NCBI GenBank assembly: GCA_964035545.1 | Contig: CAXIUT010000291.1 | Coordinates: 15,463-79,462 of the forward strand | Direction of reading: 5' to 3' | Length of the DNA stretch: 64,000 nucleotides | Source: Bugula neritina | Taxonomy: Eukaryota; Animalia; Bryozoa | Shown: positions 39,664 to 49,794 of the stretch, in pieces | Numbering within the stretch: the first letter of the stretch is position 1 | Layout of the letters: each line of letters begins with the position of its first letter | Notes under the pieces: generated by a model | Told to the model about the DNA's origin: nothing | Databases searched by the model: none | The model's input: the letters and a program-made list of their open reading frames with translations, nothing else | Program-made: the position numbers and the translations under genes

Positions 39664-42600
39664 CTATTCCACGGTCACCTGATAAGACACAGTGCCCGAA
39701 GAACCCGGATTCAGCTTATCATTCACTGTCCACGCCCAGTCCAGACTGCCATCCGGGTTTTCATTGGTGGTACATAGCGGCAGTTCGGCGGGCTTGTCGG
39801 TACATAACATGCTTCCCTGAACGATTTCGGTGAATGCGGGTATCGCGTCATTAATTACCAGTTCATTAAGCGGGCCATTACCAATATTCCGGTAGCTGAT
39901 GGTATAGCGCAGGGTTTCGCCCGGTAGAACCACATTACCATCAATATTACGTGTCACGTTCCATACTGATTTGACCAAAGCCAGTTTGCCTTCACCAGCA
40001 ACGGGGTCAGGCGTACCGACCGGGTCAACCACAGGGTCAACCGGTGGTGCTGTTGTGGTTCCGGCGAGGCTACGGGTAATATTCTGATGGATTTGGCGGT
40101 TGTTCGTGAGGCCAAGGGAGTCATCTCCGTAGCTAAAGTCACTTTGGATGTCGATAACATGCATTGCGCCCGTGGTGGCGTTAGGCGGCGAAACCACCTT
40201 AACTAATACACAAACCCGTTGCCCGGCGGTTACATTGATACTGGCGGGCATGGCGCTATCGCCATTGGCGCTGCTCAGGCGGCCATCACAGTTAGCGTCT
40301 AATAATAGCTGGCGACCCCAGTTTAAGGTGGTGGGGTTAGCGTTTTCGGCGGCAATAGTGAAGCTGACGCTGCCATCGCTTTGAGCCGTGAAGATATGCG
40401 GGTGTAAGATCGCACTGTTCGGCAGGATGGTTTGTTCATTATCCAGCTCAAATGCCGGGGGTTTAATGTCGCCAAAGTTGAGGCCGCTGACATGTGTATT
40501 GCTAACGGTGAAGGTCACAGAATTATTAGCGGTGGTGGACAGATAGCCGCTGGGATCTCTGGCATTCGCCGGGTCACAGTGTTGTGGGTTCGGCGCAGAT
40601 TCACCGGCAGCTTCATATACCTGGTAATCCCCCGGTAGTACACGAGTAAACAGATAATCGCCGTTGGCATTAGTACGGGTACTGATACAGGTGTTGCTAT
40701 TGGTATCGTACAGCACGATAGCGACACCACCGATACCGGCTTCCGTCGCATCGTTGTTTGTGTTGGCATTGCTATCGTTAAATACCCGGCCACCCACATT
40801 AAAGCCACCCGGCTCGACGGTCAGCATATAATCCTCGACCTCGCCATCGTTGGCGGCGGTCGTGTGATCCAGTCCCGCCGTGGTTGACCAGCGGAAGCGG
40901 GCAAAGGTTGGGTTAGTGATAGCATTAAGTGGTACGGTGACCGGTATAGTGATAGAGCCATCGGTATCACCATCCTGTAAATCAATGGCAATCTGTTCGC
41001 CGCTATCCGTAAAGTCTCCGTCCCCGTTGAAATCAATCCAGCCTTGCAGGTAGCCGTTTGCACCATTGACGGTGGCTGTGATGTCAGCGCTTTTACCCTG
41101 AGTTAGGGTGGGTATATTGATACCATTATCATCATTCGCACCATCGCTATCATCGCCATCGGCGTTGGGGGATGCCTGGTTGGCACTGTCCGCATCCGGT
41201 GTAGTTGAGCCGAGGTAGATGCTACTGATAATGGCGTGACTGGCTGCACCATAGGTATTGGTGTTGCTACCGTTGGGTGCTGAGCCTGACACCGGAGCGT
41301 CGCCGTAATCAGTGATAATGGTACAAACCGCAGGCACTTCGAGATTCCGACAGTAATTATTGTCATCAACACCGCCCCAGCCGAAGTTGGTGAATTGGTT
41401 AGCGGGTCGGGTTCCGGCTGAATTAGGTAACACGTTAAACGGGTCACTATTTTCGATTAGCGCTACTTGTCCCAGACAGGCTCCGGTGTTCTCAAAACTA
41501 AATACTTCCTGTTCGACCCCGGTCTGCCAGTTAAAGGCGGCTGCGTTAGAGGCTGCGAGACTGAAGGACAGATAATCGACACTGGTATCTTCGGGCGGAG
41601 CATCTTGCCGTGAGTCGAAGCTCCACGCGGTTCCGGTAATGGAACTTTGAATATCCTGTGGGATAAACTGAGAAATTCCGGTTGCCGTAGGAACACGTAT
41701 TGTCACCTGTCCGGTCGAGCTGAGGTCGGGCGACGGTACGCTATTAGGTGTCATAAAGACCCGGTAGCGCCGGTTCACATCGTCCCAGCGAATAGTGTAG
41801 TCGAGTTCGCAGCCAGCAGGCTGTACCTCGAAAACCCTTAAGCTATAATCCTCGACCTCGCCATCACTGGTTGTGGTCGTGTGATCCAGCCCCGCCGTGG
41901 TTGACCAGCGGAAGCGGGCAAAGGTCGGATTAGTGGTGGTGGAAGAGGGCGGCGTGACGTTAAAGGTAATCGTGCCATCGCTGGCGGTTGTATCGTCGGC
42001 GTTGCCATCATCCTGTAAATCGGTGGCTACCTGTTCGCCCGCCTCAAAGGTACCGTTACCATTCCAGTCAATCCAGCCCTGTAGGTAACCACCGGCACCA
42101 CTAACGGTAGCGGTAATGGTTGCCACCGTACCCTGAGTGAGGGTCGGGATACTGATACCATCGTCGTCATCCGTGCCATCGTTGTCGTCACCCTCTGCGC
42201 TGGGGCTGGCCTGATTGGCACTGTCAGCATCCGGCGCGGCGCTACCGAGGTAGGTGCTGCTCACGATATTATGACTGGCTTCACCATAACTATTGGTGCT
42301 GCTGCCATCCGGCGCTGTGCCTGATACCGGCGCATCACCATAATCCATACTACTGGTACAGGCGGCGGGTAGTTCGAGATTCTGGCAGTAGTTATTGTCA
42401 TTCGCACCGCCCCAGCCCAGATTGGTGAACTGGTTCCCCGGTCGGTTACCAACTGAATTCGGGGAGATATTAAACGGATCGCTGTCCTCGAACAGTGCTA
42501 CATCACCGAGACAGGCTCCGCCATTCTCAAAGCTGAACACTTCCTGTTCGACACCGCTCTGCCAGTTAAAAGCACTGGCTGTTGAGGCCGCGAGGCTGAA

Positions 42601-45600
42601 TGACAGGTAATCGGCCGTATTATCTTCGGTTGGTGCGTCGGCGCGTGAACTCTGACTCCAGGTGGTACCGGTGATCGGGTTTTGAATATCCTGGGCGACA
42701 AAGCGACCAGCTCCGGTGGCGGTGGGTACACGAATGGTCACCTGACCGGTCATACTGAGGTCAGGCGAAGGCGTCCGGTTCGGCGTCATAAAGACACGGT
42801 AGCGCGCATTCGCGGCATCCCAGCGAATAGTGTAGTCGAGCGCACAACTGTCGGCCTGTGCGGTCACCGTTAAGCGGTAGTCCTCGACCTCGCCATCGCT
42901 GGTTGTGGTCGTGTGATCCAGCCCCGCCGTGGTTGACCAGCGGAAGCGGGCAAAGGTCGGATTAGTGGTCGCGGAAGAGGGCGGCGTGACGTTAAAGGTA
43001 ATCGTGCCATCACTAGCGGTTGTATCGTCGGCGTTGCCATCATCCTGTAAGTCGGTGGCGACCTGTTCGCCCGCATCAAAAGCACCGTTACCATTCCAGT
43101 CAATCCAGCCCTGTAGGTAACCACCGGCACCACTCACGGTAGCGGTAATGGTTGCCACCGTACCCTGAGTTAGCGTCGGGATACTGATACCATCGTCGTC
43201 ATCCGTGCCATCGTTATCATCACCCTCTGCGCTGGGGCTGGCCTGATTGGCACTGTCAGCATCCGGCGCGGCGCTACCGAGGTAGGTGCTGCTCACGATA
43301 TTATGACTGGCTTCACCGTAACTATTGGTGCTGCTGCCATCCGGCGCTGTGCCTGATACCGGCGCATCACCATAATCCATACTACTGGTACAGGCGGCGG
43401 GTAGTTCCAGATTCTGGCAGTAGTTATTGTCATTTGCACCGCCCCAGCCCAGATTGGTGAACTGGTTACCTGGTCGGTTACCAACTGAATTCGGGGAGAT
43501 ATTAAACGGATCGCTGTCCTCGAACAGTGCTACATCACCGAGACAGGCTCCGCCATTCTCAAAGCTGAACACTTCCTGTTCAACACCGCTCTGCCAGTTA
43601 AAAGCACTGGCTGTTGAGGCTGCGAGGCTGAATGACAGGTAATCGGCCGTATTATCTTCGGTTGGCGCATCCGCCCGTGAACTCTGACTCCAGGTGGTAC
43701 CAGTGATCGGGTTTTGAATATCCTGGGCGACAAAGCGATCCGCTCCGGTGGCGGTGGGGACGCGTATGGTCACCTGACCGGTCATACTGAGGTCAGGCGA
43801 AGGCGTCCGGTTCGGCGTCATAAAGACACGGTAGCGCGCATTCGCTGCATCCCAGCGAATAGTGTAGTCGAGCGCACAACTGTCGGCCTGTGCGGTCACC
43901 GTTAAGCGGTAATCCTCGACCTCGCCATCACTGGCGGCAGTAGTACTATCCAGCCCCTGTGTCGCGGACCAGCGGAAGCGGGCAAAGGTCGGATTAGTGG
44001 TGGCGGAAGAAGGCGGCGTGACGTTAAAGGTAATCGTGCCATCGCTGGCGGTTGTATCGTCGGCGTTGCCATCATCCTGTAAATCGGTAGCGACCTGTTC
44101 GCCCGCCTCAAAAGCACCGTTACCATTCCAGTCAATCCAGCCCTGTAGGTAGCCGCCGGCACCACTAACGGTAGCGGTAATAGTAGCCACCGTATCCTGA
44201 GTTAGCGTCGGGATATTGATACCATCATCGTCATTCGTACCATCGTTGTCGTCACCCTCCGCGCTGGGGCTGGCCTGATTAGCACTGTCAGCATCCGGCG
44301 CGGCGCTACCGAGGTAGGTGCTGCTCACGATATTATGACTGGCTTCACCATAACTATTGGTGCTGCTGCCATCCGGCGCTGTGCCTGATACCGGCGCATC
44401 ACCATAATCCATGCTGCTGCTACAAGCGGCGGGTAGTTCCAGATTCTGGCAGTAGTTATTGTCATTTGCACCGCCCCAGCCCAGATTGGTGAACTGGTTA
44501 CCCGGTCGGTTACCGACTGAATTCGGGGAGATATTAAACGGATCGCTGTCCTCGAACAGTGCCACATCACCGAGACAGGCTCCGCCATTCTCAAAGCTGA
44601 ACACTTCCTGTTCGACACCGCTCTGCCAGTTAAAAGCACTGGCTGTTGAGGCCGCGAGGCTGAATGACAGGTAATCGGCCGTATTATCTTCGGTTGGTGC
44701 GTCGGCGCGTGAACTCTGGCTCCAGGTGGTACCGGTGATCGGGTTTTGAATATCCTGGGCGACAAAGCGATCCGCTCCGGTGGCGGTGGGTACACGAATG
44801 GTCACCTGACCGGTCATACTGAGGTCGGGCGAAGGCGTCCGGTTCGGCGTCATAAAGACACGGTAGCGCGCATTCGCTGCATCCCAGCGAATAGTGTAGT
44901 CGAGCGCACAACTGTCGGCCTGTGCGGTCACAGTTAAGCGGTAATCCTCGACCTCGCCATCACTGGCGGCAGTAGTACTATCCAGCCCCTGTGTCGCGGA
45001 CCAGCGGAAGCGGGCAAAGGTCGGATTAGTGGTGGTGGAAGAAGGCGGCGTGACGTTAAAGGTAATCGTGCCATCGCTGGCGGTTGTATCGTCGGCGTTG
45101 CCATCATCCTGTAAATCGGTAGCGACCTGTTCGCCCGCATCAAAGGTACCGTTACCATTCCAGTCAATCCAGCCCTGTAGGTAACCACCAGCACCACTCA
45201 CCGTAGCGGTAATAGTAGCCACCGTACCCTGAGTTAGCGTCGGGATACTGATACCATCATCATCATTCGTACCATCGTTATCATCACCCTCTGCGCTGGG
45301 GCTGGCCTGATTGGCACTGTCAGCATCCGGCGCGGCACTACCGAGATAGGTGCTACTTACGATAGTGTGACTGGCTTCACCATAACTATTAGTACTACTG
45401 CCATCCGGCGCTGTGCCTGATACCGGCGCATCACCATAATCCACGCTGCTGCTACAGGCGGCGGGTAGTTCCAGATTCTGGCAGTAGTTATTGGCGCTAA
45501 ATGCGCCCCAGCCCAAATTAGTGAACTGGTTGCCTGGTCGGTTGCCGGCTGAATTTGGGAAGACATTAAACGGATCACTGTTCTCTAGCAGTGCCACATC

Positions 45601-48600
45601 ACCGAGGCAGGCTCCGCCATTTTCGAAGCTGAACACTTCCTGTTCGACGCCGCTCTGCCAGTTAAAGGCCGCCACGTTGCTGGCCGCGAGGCTGAATGAG
45701 AGGTAATCGGCGCTGGTATCTTCGGTCGGTGCATCCGCCCGTGAACTCTGGCTCCAGGCGGTACCGGTGATCGGGTTTTGAATATCTTGTGCCACAAAGC
45801 GATCCGCTCCGGTGGCGGTGGGTACACGAATGGTCACCTGGCCGGTCATACTAAGGTCGGGTGAAGGCGTCCGGTTTGGTGTCATAAAGACACGGTAGCG
45901 CGCATTCGCTGCATCCCAGCGAATAGTGTAGTCGAGCGCACAACTGTCGGCTTGTGCGGTCACCGTTAAGCGGTAATCCTCGACCTCACCGTCACTGGCG
46001 GCAGTAGTACTATCCAGTCCCTGCGTCGCGGACCAGCGGAAGCGGGCAAAGGTCGGATTAGTGGTCGCGGAAGAGGGCGGCGTGACGTTAAAAGTAATCG
46101 TGCCATCGCTGGCGGTTGTATCGTCGGCGTTGCCATCATCCTGTAAATCGGTGGCGACCTGTTCGCCCGCCTCAAAAGCACCGTTACCATTCCAGTCAAT
46201 CCAGCCCTGTAGGTAACCACTGGCACCACTCACGGTAGCGGTAATAGTAGCCACCGTACCCTGGGTTAGGGTTGGGATACTGATACCATCATCATCATTC
46301 GTACCATCGTTGTCGTCACCGTCGGCACCGGGACTGGCCTGACTGGTGCTATCAGCATCCGGCGCAGCGCTACCGAGATAGGTGCCGCTCACGATAGTGT
46401 GACTGGCTTCACCATAACTATTAGTACTGCTGCCATCCGGCGCTGTGCCCGATACCGGCGCATCACCGTAATCCATGCTGCTGCTACAAGCGGCGGGTAG
46501 TTCGAGATTCTGACAGTAGTTATTGTCATTTGCACCGCCCCAGCCCAGATTGGTGAATTGGTTACCCGGTATTGTATTGGCTGAATTCGGGAAGACATTA
46601 AACGGATCACTGTTCGCCAGTAACGAGACATCACCGAGGCAGGCTCCGCCATTTTCGAAGCTGAATACTTCCTGCTCGACACCGGTCTGCCAGTTAAAGG
46701 CTGCCACGTTGTTGGCCGCGAGGCTGAATGAGAGGTAATCGGCCGTATTATCTTCGTTCGGTGCGTCGGTGCGTGAATTCTGACTCCAGGTGGTACCAGT
46801 GATCGGGTTTTGCAGATCCTGGGCCACAAAGCGATCAGCTCCGCTCGCGGTGGGGACGCGTATGGTTACCTGACCGGTCAGACTGAGGTCAGGCGAAGGT
46901 GTCCGGTTCGGCGTCATAAAGACACGGTAACGTGCATTCGCGGCATCCCAGCGAATAGTGTAGTCGAGCGCACAACTGGCAGCTTGTGCGATCACTGCTA
47001 AGCGGTAATCCTCCACTTCACCGTCACTGGCGGCGGTGGTGCTATCCAGCCCCTGTGTCGCGGACCAGCGGAAGCGGGCAAAGGTCGGATTAGTTGTTGC
47101 GGAAGAGGGCGGCGTGACGTTAAAGGTAATCGTGCCATCGCTGGCGGTTGTATCGTCAGCGTTGCCATCATCCTGTAAATCGGTGGCGACCTGTTCGCCC
47201 GCCTCAAAAGCACCGTTACCATTCCAGTCAATCCAGCCCTGTAGGTAACCACCGGCACCACTCACCGTAGCGGTAATAGTAGCCACCGTGCCCTGGGTTA
47301 GGGTCGGGATACTGATACCATCATCATCATTCGTACCATCGTTATCGTCACCCTCTGCGCTGGAGCTGGCCTGATTGGCACTGTCAGCATCCGGCGCGGC
47401 GCTACCGAGATAGGTGCCGCTCACGATAGTGTGACTGGCTTCACCGTAACTATTAGTACTGCTGCCATCCGGCGCTGTGCCTGATACCGGCGCATCACCG
47501 TAATCCACGCTGCTGCTACAAGCGGCGGGTAGTTCGAGATTCTGACAATAGTTATTGTCATTTGCACCGCCCCAGCCCAGATTGGTGAACTGGTTACCCG
47601 GTATTGTATTGGCTGAATTCGGGAAGACATTAAACGGATCACTGTTCGCCAGTAACGAGACATCACCGAGGCAGGCTCCGCCATTCTCGAAGCTGAATAC
47701 TTCCTGCTCGACACCGCTCTGCCAGTTAAAGGCTGCCACGTTGTTGGCCGCCAGGCTGAACGAGAGGTAATCGGCCGTATTATCTTCGTTCGGTGCGTCG
47801 GTGCGTGAATTCTGACTCCAGGTGGTACCAGTGATCGGGTTTTGCAGATCCTGGGCCACAAAGCGATCCGCTCCGCTCGCGGTGGGGACGCGTATGGTTA
47901 CCTGACCGGTCAGGCTGAGGTCAGGCGAAGGTGTCCGGTTCGGCGTCATAAAGACACGGTAACGTGCATTCGCTGCGTCCCAGCGAATAGTGTAGTCGAG
48001 TGCGCAACTGGCAGCTTGTGCGATCACTGCTAAGCGGTAATCCTCCACTTCACCGTCACTGGCGGCGGTGGTGCTATCCAGTCCCTGCGTCGCGGACCAG
48101 CGGAAGCGGGCAAAGGTCGGATTAGTGGTGGCGGAAGAGGGCGGTGTGACGTTAAAGGTAATCGTGCCATCGCTGGCGGTTGTATCGTCAGCGTTGCCAT
48201 CATCCTGTAAATCGGTGGCGACCTGTTCGCCCGCCTCAAAGGCACCGTTACCATTCCAGTCAATCCAGCCCTGTAGGTAACCACCAGCACCACTTACCGT
48301 AGCGGTAATAGTAGCCACCGTGCCCTGGGTTAGCGTCGGGATATTGATACCATCGTCATCATTCGTACCATCGTTATCGTCACCGTCGGCACCGGGACTG
48401 GCCTGACTGGTGCTATCAGCATCCGGCGCAGCGCTACCGAGATAGGTGCCGCTCACGATAGTGTGGCTGGCTTCACCGTAACTATTGGTGCTGCTGCCAT
48501 CCGGCGCTGTGCCCGATACCGGCGCATCACCGTAATCCATGCTGCTGCTACAAGCGGCGGGTAGTTCGAGATTCTGACAGTAGTTATTGTCATTTGCACC

Positions 48601-49644
48601 GCCCCAGCCCAGGTTGGTGAACTGGTTACCCGGTATTGTATTGGCTGAATTCGGGAAGACATTAAACGGATCACTGTTCGCCAGTAACGAGACATCACCG
48701 AGGCAGGCTCCGCCATTCTCGAAGCTGAATACTTCCTGCTCGACACCGGTCTGCCAGTTAAAGGCTGCCACGTTGTTGGCCGCGAGGCTGAACGAGAGGT
48801 AATCGGCCGTATTATCTTCGGTCGGTGCGTCGGTGCGTGAATTCTGGCTCCAGGTGGTACCAGTGATCGGGTTTTGCAGATCCTGTGCCACAAAGCGATC
48901 AGCTCCGCTCGCGCTGGGGACGCGTATGGTTACCTGACCGGTCAGACTGAGGTCAGGCGAAGGTGTCCGGTTCGGCGTCATAAAGACACGGTAGCGCGCA
49001 TTCGTTGCATCCCAGCGAATAGTGTAGTCGAGTGCGCAGGCATCAGCGGGAGGGGGAGGTGCGCAATTTGCAGCGCCTTCCAGGTTCGCCCGGTAATTGT
49101 TATCACCGGCCGATCCCCAGCCCAGATTGGTGAATTGATGACCGGGGCTGGTGCCGGCTGAATTTGGAAGTGTATTGAAGGGGTCATTGTCTTCGATTAA
49201 TGTTACCGCCCCCTGACAAGTTCCGCCATTTTCGAAACTGAATACTTCCTGTTCTACCCCGGCCTGCCAGCTAAAGGCCGCCGGGTTACTAACAGAGAGA
49301 CCAAAAGATAAATAATCAACGGTATTGTCTTCGTGAGGTGAATCCGCACGTGAATTCTGACTCCAGACCGTACCGGCAACTGCACTTTGGAGATCTTGTA
49401 CTATAAAACGGTCGGCCCCGGTTGCTGTGGGTACTTTTATCGTTACCTGACCGGTCATACTAAGATTAGGTGAGGGTATGCTATCGGGTACCATGAAAAC
49501 CCGATAGCGTTCATCTACTTCATCCCACCGGATAATATAATCCAGCACCGCCGCCGCTGAAGCACTTTGCGCTAATAATAAGAACAATAGTGTAGCTATA
49601 AAACGCAACGTAGAAATATTGTTGAATTTAATGAAACAAGACAT
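39664..49644 (-). CDS. 3326-aa secreted repeat protein: 9 copies of a ~165-aa beta-rich (cohesin-like?) domain alternating with 8 GEVED domains, then SdrD_B-like and DUF11-like domains
   Basis: Signal peptide ending AQSASA; repeats LDY(T/I)IRWD...GNQFTNLGWG x9; DYGDAP...WIDWNGNG...ARFR...GEVEDY x8; GRVFND.N..E.GI; PGETLRYTISYRNIG...INDAIP. Confidence 0.9.
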   Translation of the reverse strand: MSCFIKFNNISTLRFIATLLFLLLAQSASAAAVLDYIIRWDEVDERYRVFMVPDSIPSPNLSMTGQVTIKVPTATGADRFIVQDLQSAVAGTVWSQNSRADSPHEDNTVDYLSFGLSVSNPAAFSWQAGVEQEVFSFENGGTCQGAVTLIEDNDPFNTLPNSAGTSPGHQFTNLGWGSAGDNNYRANLEGAANCAPPPPADACALDYTIRWDATNARYRVFMTPNRTPSPDLSLTGQVTIRVPSASGADRFVAQDLQNPITGTTWSQNSRTDAPTEDNTADYLSFSLAANNVAAFNWQTGVEQEVFSFENGGACLGDVSLLANSDPFNVFPNSANTIPGNQFTNLGWGGANDNNYCQNLELPAACSSSMDYGDAPVSGTAPDGSSTNSYGEASHTIVSGTYLGSAAPDADSTSQASPGADGDDNDGTNDDDGINIPTLTQGTVATITATVSGAGGYLQGWIDWNGNGAFEAGEQVATDLQDDGNADDTTASDGTITFNVTPPSSATTNPTFARFRWSATQGLDSTTAASDGEVEDYRLAVIAQAASCALDYTIRWDAANARYRVFMTPNRTPSPDLSLTGQVTIRVPTASGADRFVAQDLQNPITGTTWSQNSRTDAPNEDNTADYLSFSLAANNVAAFNWQSGVEQEVFSFENGGACLGDVSLLANSDPFNVFPNSANTIPGNQFTNLGWGGANDNNYCQNLELPAACSSSVDYGDAPVSGTAPDGSSTNSYGEASHTIVSGTYLGSAAPDADSANQASSSAEGDDNDGTNDDDGISIPTLTQGTVATITATVSGAGGYLQGWIDWNGNGAFEAGEQVATDLQDDGNADDTTASDGTITFNVTPPSSATTNPTFARFRWSATQGLDSTTAASDGEVEDYRLAVIAQAASCALDYTIRWDAANARYRVFMTPNRTPSPDLSLTGQVTIRVPTASGADRFVAQDLQNPITGTTWSQNSRTDAPNEDNTADYLSFSLAANNVAAFNWQTGVEQEVFSFENGGACLGDVSLLANSDPFNVFPNSANTIPGNQFTNLGWGGANDNNYCQNLELPAACSSSMDYGDAPVSGTAPDGSSTNSYGEASHTIVSGTYLGSAAPDADSTSQASPGADGDDNDGTNDDDGISIPTLTQGTVATITATVSGASGYLQGWIDWNGNGAFEAGEQVATDLQDDGNADDTTASDGTITFNVTPPSSATTNPTFARFRWSATQGLDSTTAASDGEVEDYRLTVTAQADSCALDYTIRWDAANARYRVFMTPNRTPSPDLSMTGQVTIRVPTATGADRFVAQDIQNPITGTAWSQSSRADAPTEDTSADYLSFSLAASNVAAFNWQSGVEQEVFSFENGGACLGDVALLENSDPFNVFPNSAGNRPGNQFTNLGWGAFSANNYCQNLELPAACSSSVDYGDAPVSGTAPDGSSTNSYGEASHTIVSSTYLGSAAPDADSANQASPSAEGDDNDGTNDDDGISIPTLTQGTVATITATVSGAGGYLQGWIDWNGNGTFDAGEQVATDLQDDGNADDTTASDGTITFNVTPPSSTTTNPTFARFRWSATQGLDSTTAASDGEVEDYRLTVTAQADSCALDYTIRWDAANARYRVFMTPNRTPSPDLSMTGQVTIRVPTATGADRFVAQDIQNPITGTTWSQSSRADAPTEDNTADYLSFSLAASTASAFNWQSGVEQEVFSFENGGACLGDVALFEDSDPFNISPNSVGNRPGNQFTNLGWGGANDNNYCQNLELPAACSSSMDYGDAPVSGTAPDGSSTNSYGEASHNIVSSTYLGSAAPDADSANQASPSAEGDDNDGTNDDDGINIPTLTQDTVATITATVSGAGGYLQGWIDWNGNGAFEAGEQVATDLQDDGNADDTTASDGTITFNVTPPSSATTNPTFARFRWSATQGLDSTTAASDGEVEDYRLTVTAQADSCALDYTIRWDAANARYRVFMTPNRTPSPDLSMTGQVTIRVPTATGADRFVAQDIQNPITGTTWSQSSRADAPTEDNTADYLSFSLAASTASAFNWQSGVEQEVFSFENGGACLGDVALFEDSDPFNISPNSVGNRPGNQFTNLGWGGANDNNYCQNLELPAACTSSMDYGDAPVSGTAPDGSSTNSYGEASHNIVSSTYLGSAAPDADSANQASPSAEGDDNDGTDDDDGISIPTLTQGTVATITATVSGAGGYLQGWIDWNGNGAFDAGEQVATDLQDDGNADDTTASDGTITFNVTPPSSATTNPTFARFRWSTTAGLDHTTTTSDGEVEDYRLTVTAQADSCALDYTIRWDAANARYRVFMTPNRTPSPDLSMTGQVTIRVPTATGAGRFVAQDIQNPITGTTWSQSSRADAPTEDNTADYLSFSLAASTASAFNWQSGVEQEVFSFENGGACLGDVALFEDSDPFNISPNSVGNRPGNQFTNLGWGGANDNNYCQNLELPAACTSSMDYGDAPVSGTAPDGSSTNSYGEASHNIVSSTYLGSAAPDADSANQASPSAEGDDNDGTDDDDGISIPTLTQGTVATITATVSGAGGYLQGWIDWNGNGTFEAGEQVATDLQDDGNADDTTASDGTITFNVTPPSSTTTNPTFARFRWSTTAGLDHTTTTSDGEVEDYSLRVFEVQPAGCELDYTIRWDDVNRRYRVFMTPNSVPSPDLSSTGQVTIRVPTATGISQFIPQDIQSSITGTAWSFDSRQDAPPEDTSVDYLSFSLAASNAAAFNWQTGVEQEVFSFENTGACLGQVALIENSDPFNVLPNSAGTRPANQFTNFGWGGVDDNNYCRNLEVPAVCTIITDYGDAPVSGSAPNGSNTNTYGAASHAIISSIYLGSTTPDADSANQASPNADGDDSDGANDDNGINIPTLTQGKSADITATVNGANGYLQGWIDFNGDGDFTDSGEQIAIDLQDGDTDGSITIPVTVPLNAITNPTFARFRWSTTAGLDHTTAANDGEVEDYMLTVEPGGFNVGGRVFNDSNANTNNDATEAGIGGVAIVLYDTNSNTCISTRTNANGDYLFTRVLPGDYQVYEAAGESAPNPQHCDPANARDPSGYLSTTANNSVTFTVSNTHVSGLNFGDIKPPAFELDNEQTILPNSAILHPHIFTAQSDGSVSFTIAAENANPTTLNWGRQLLLDANCDGRLSSANGDSAMPASINVTAGQRVCVLVKVVSPPNATTGAMHVIDIQSDFSYGDDSLGLTNNRQIHQNITRSLAGTTTAPPVDPVVDPVGTPDPVAGEGKLALVKSVWNVTRNIDGNVVLPGETLRYTISYRNIGNGPLNELVINDAIPAFTEIVQGSMLCTDKPAELPLCTTNENPDGSLDWAWTVNDKLNPGSSGTVSYQVTVE
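40830..49040 (-). repeat. Tandem array with 1032-bp (344-aa) period
   Basis: GCGAATAGTGTAGTCGAG recurs at ~41790, 42825, 43855, 44887, 45919, 46951, 47983 and 49015. Confidence 0.97.
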
Positions 49645-49687
49645 GTTTACCCACTATTATATTTATAATTTAGTCTGATTATTATTA

Positions 49688-49745
49688 CAGTAACGTGTAT
49701 GAAAGGCTTACACCCCGACGGGATGTAAGTCTTCGACTTACACAG
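49688..49745. repeat. Dispersed REP-like element, copy 3
   Basis: CAGTAACGTGTATGAAAGGCTTACACCCCGACGGGATGTAAGTCTTCGACTTACACAG. Confidence 0.75.
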
Positions 49746-49794
49746 CAAGCAGTGTGACAAAATTTACAGCGGGCAAAGCCCCCACACACTTGTA

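Noticed and set aside
41360-49187. Many periodic short ORFs on both strands
   Set aside because: Alternative-frame shadows repeating with the 1032-bp period of the real gene.
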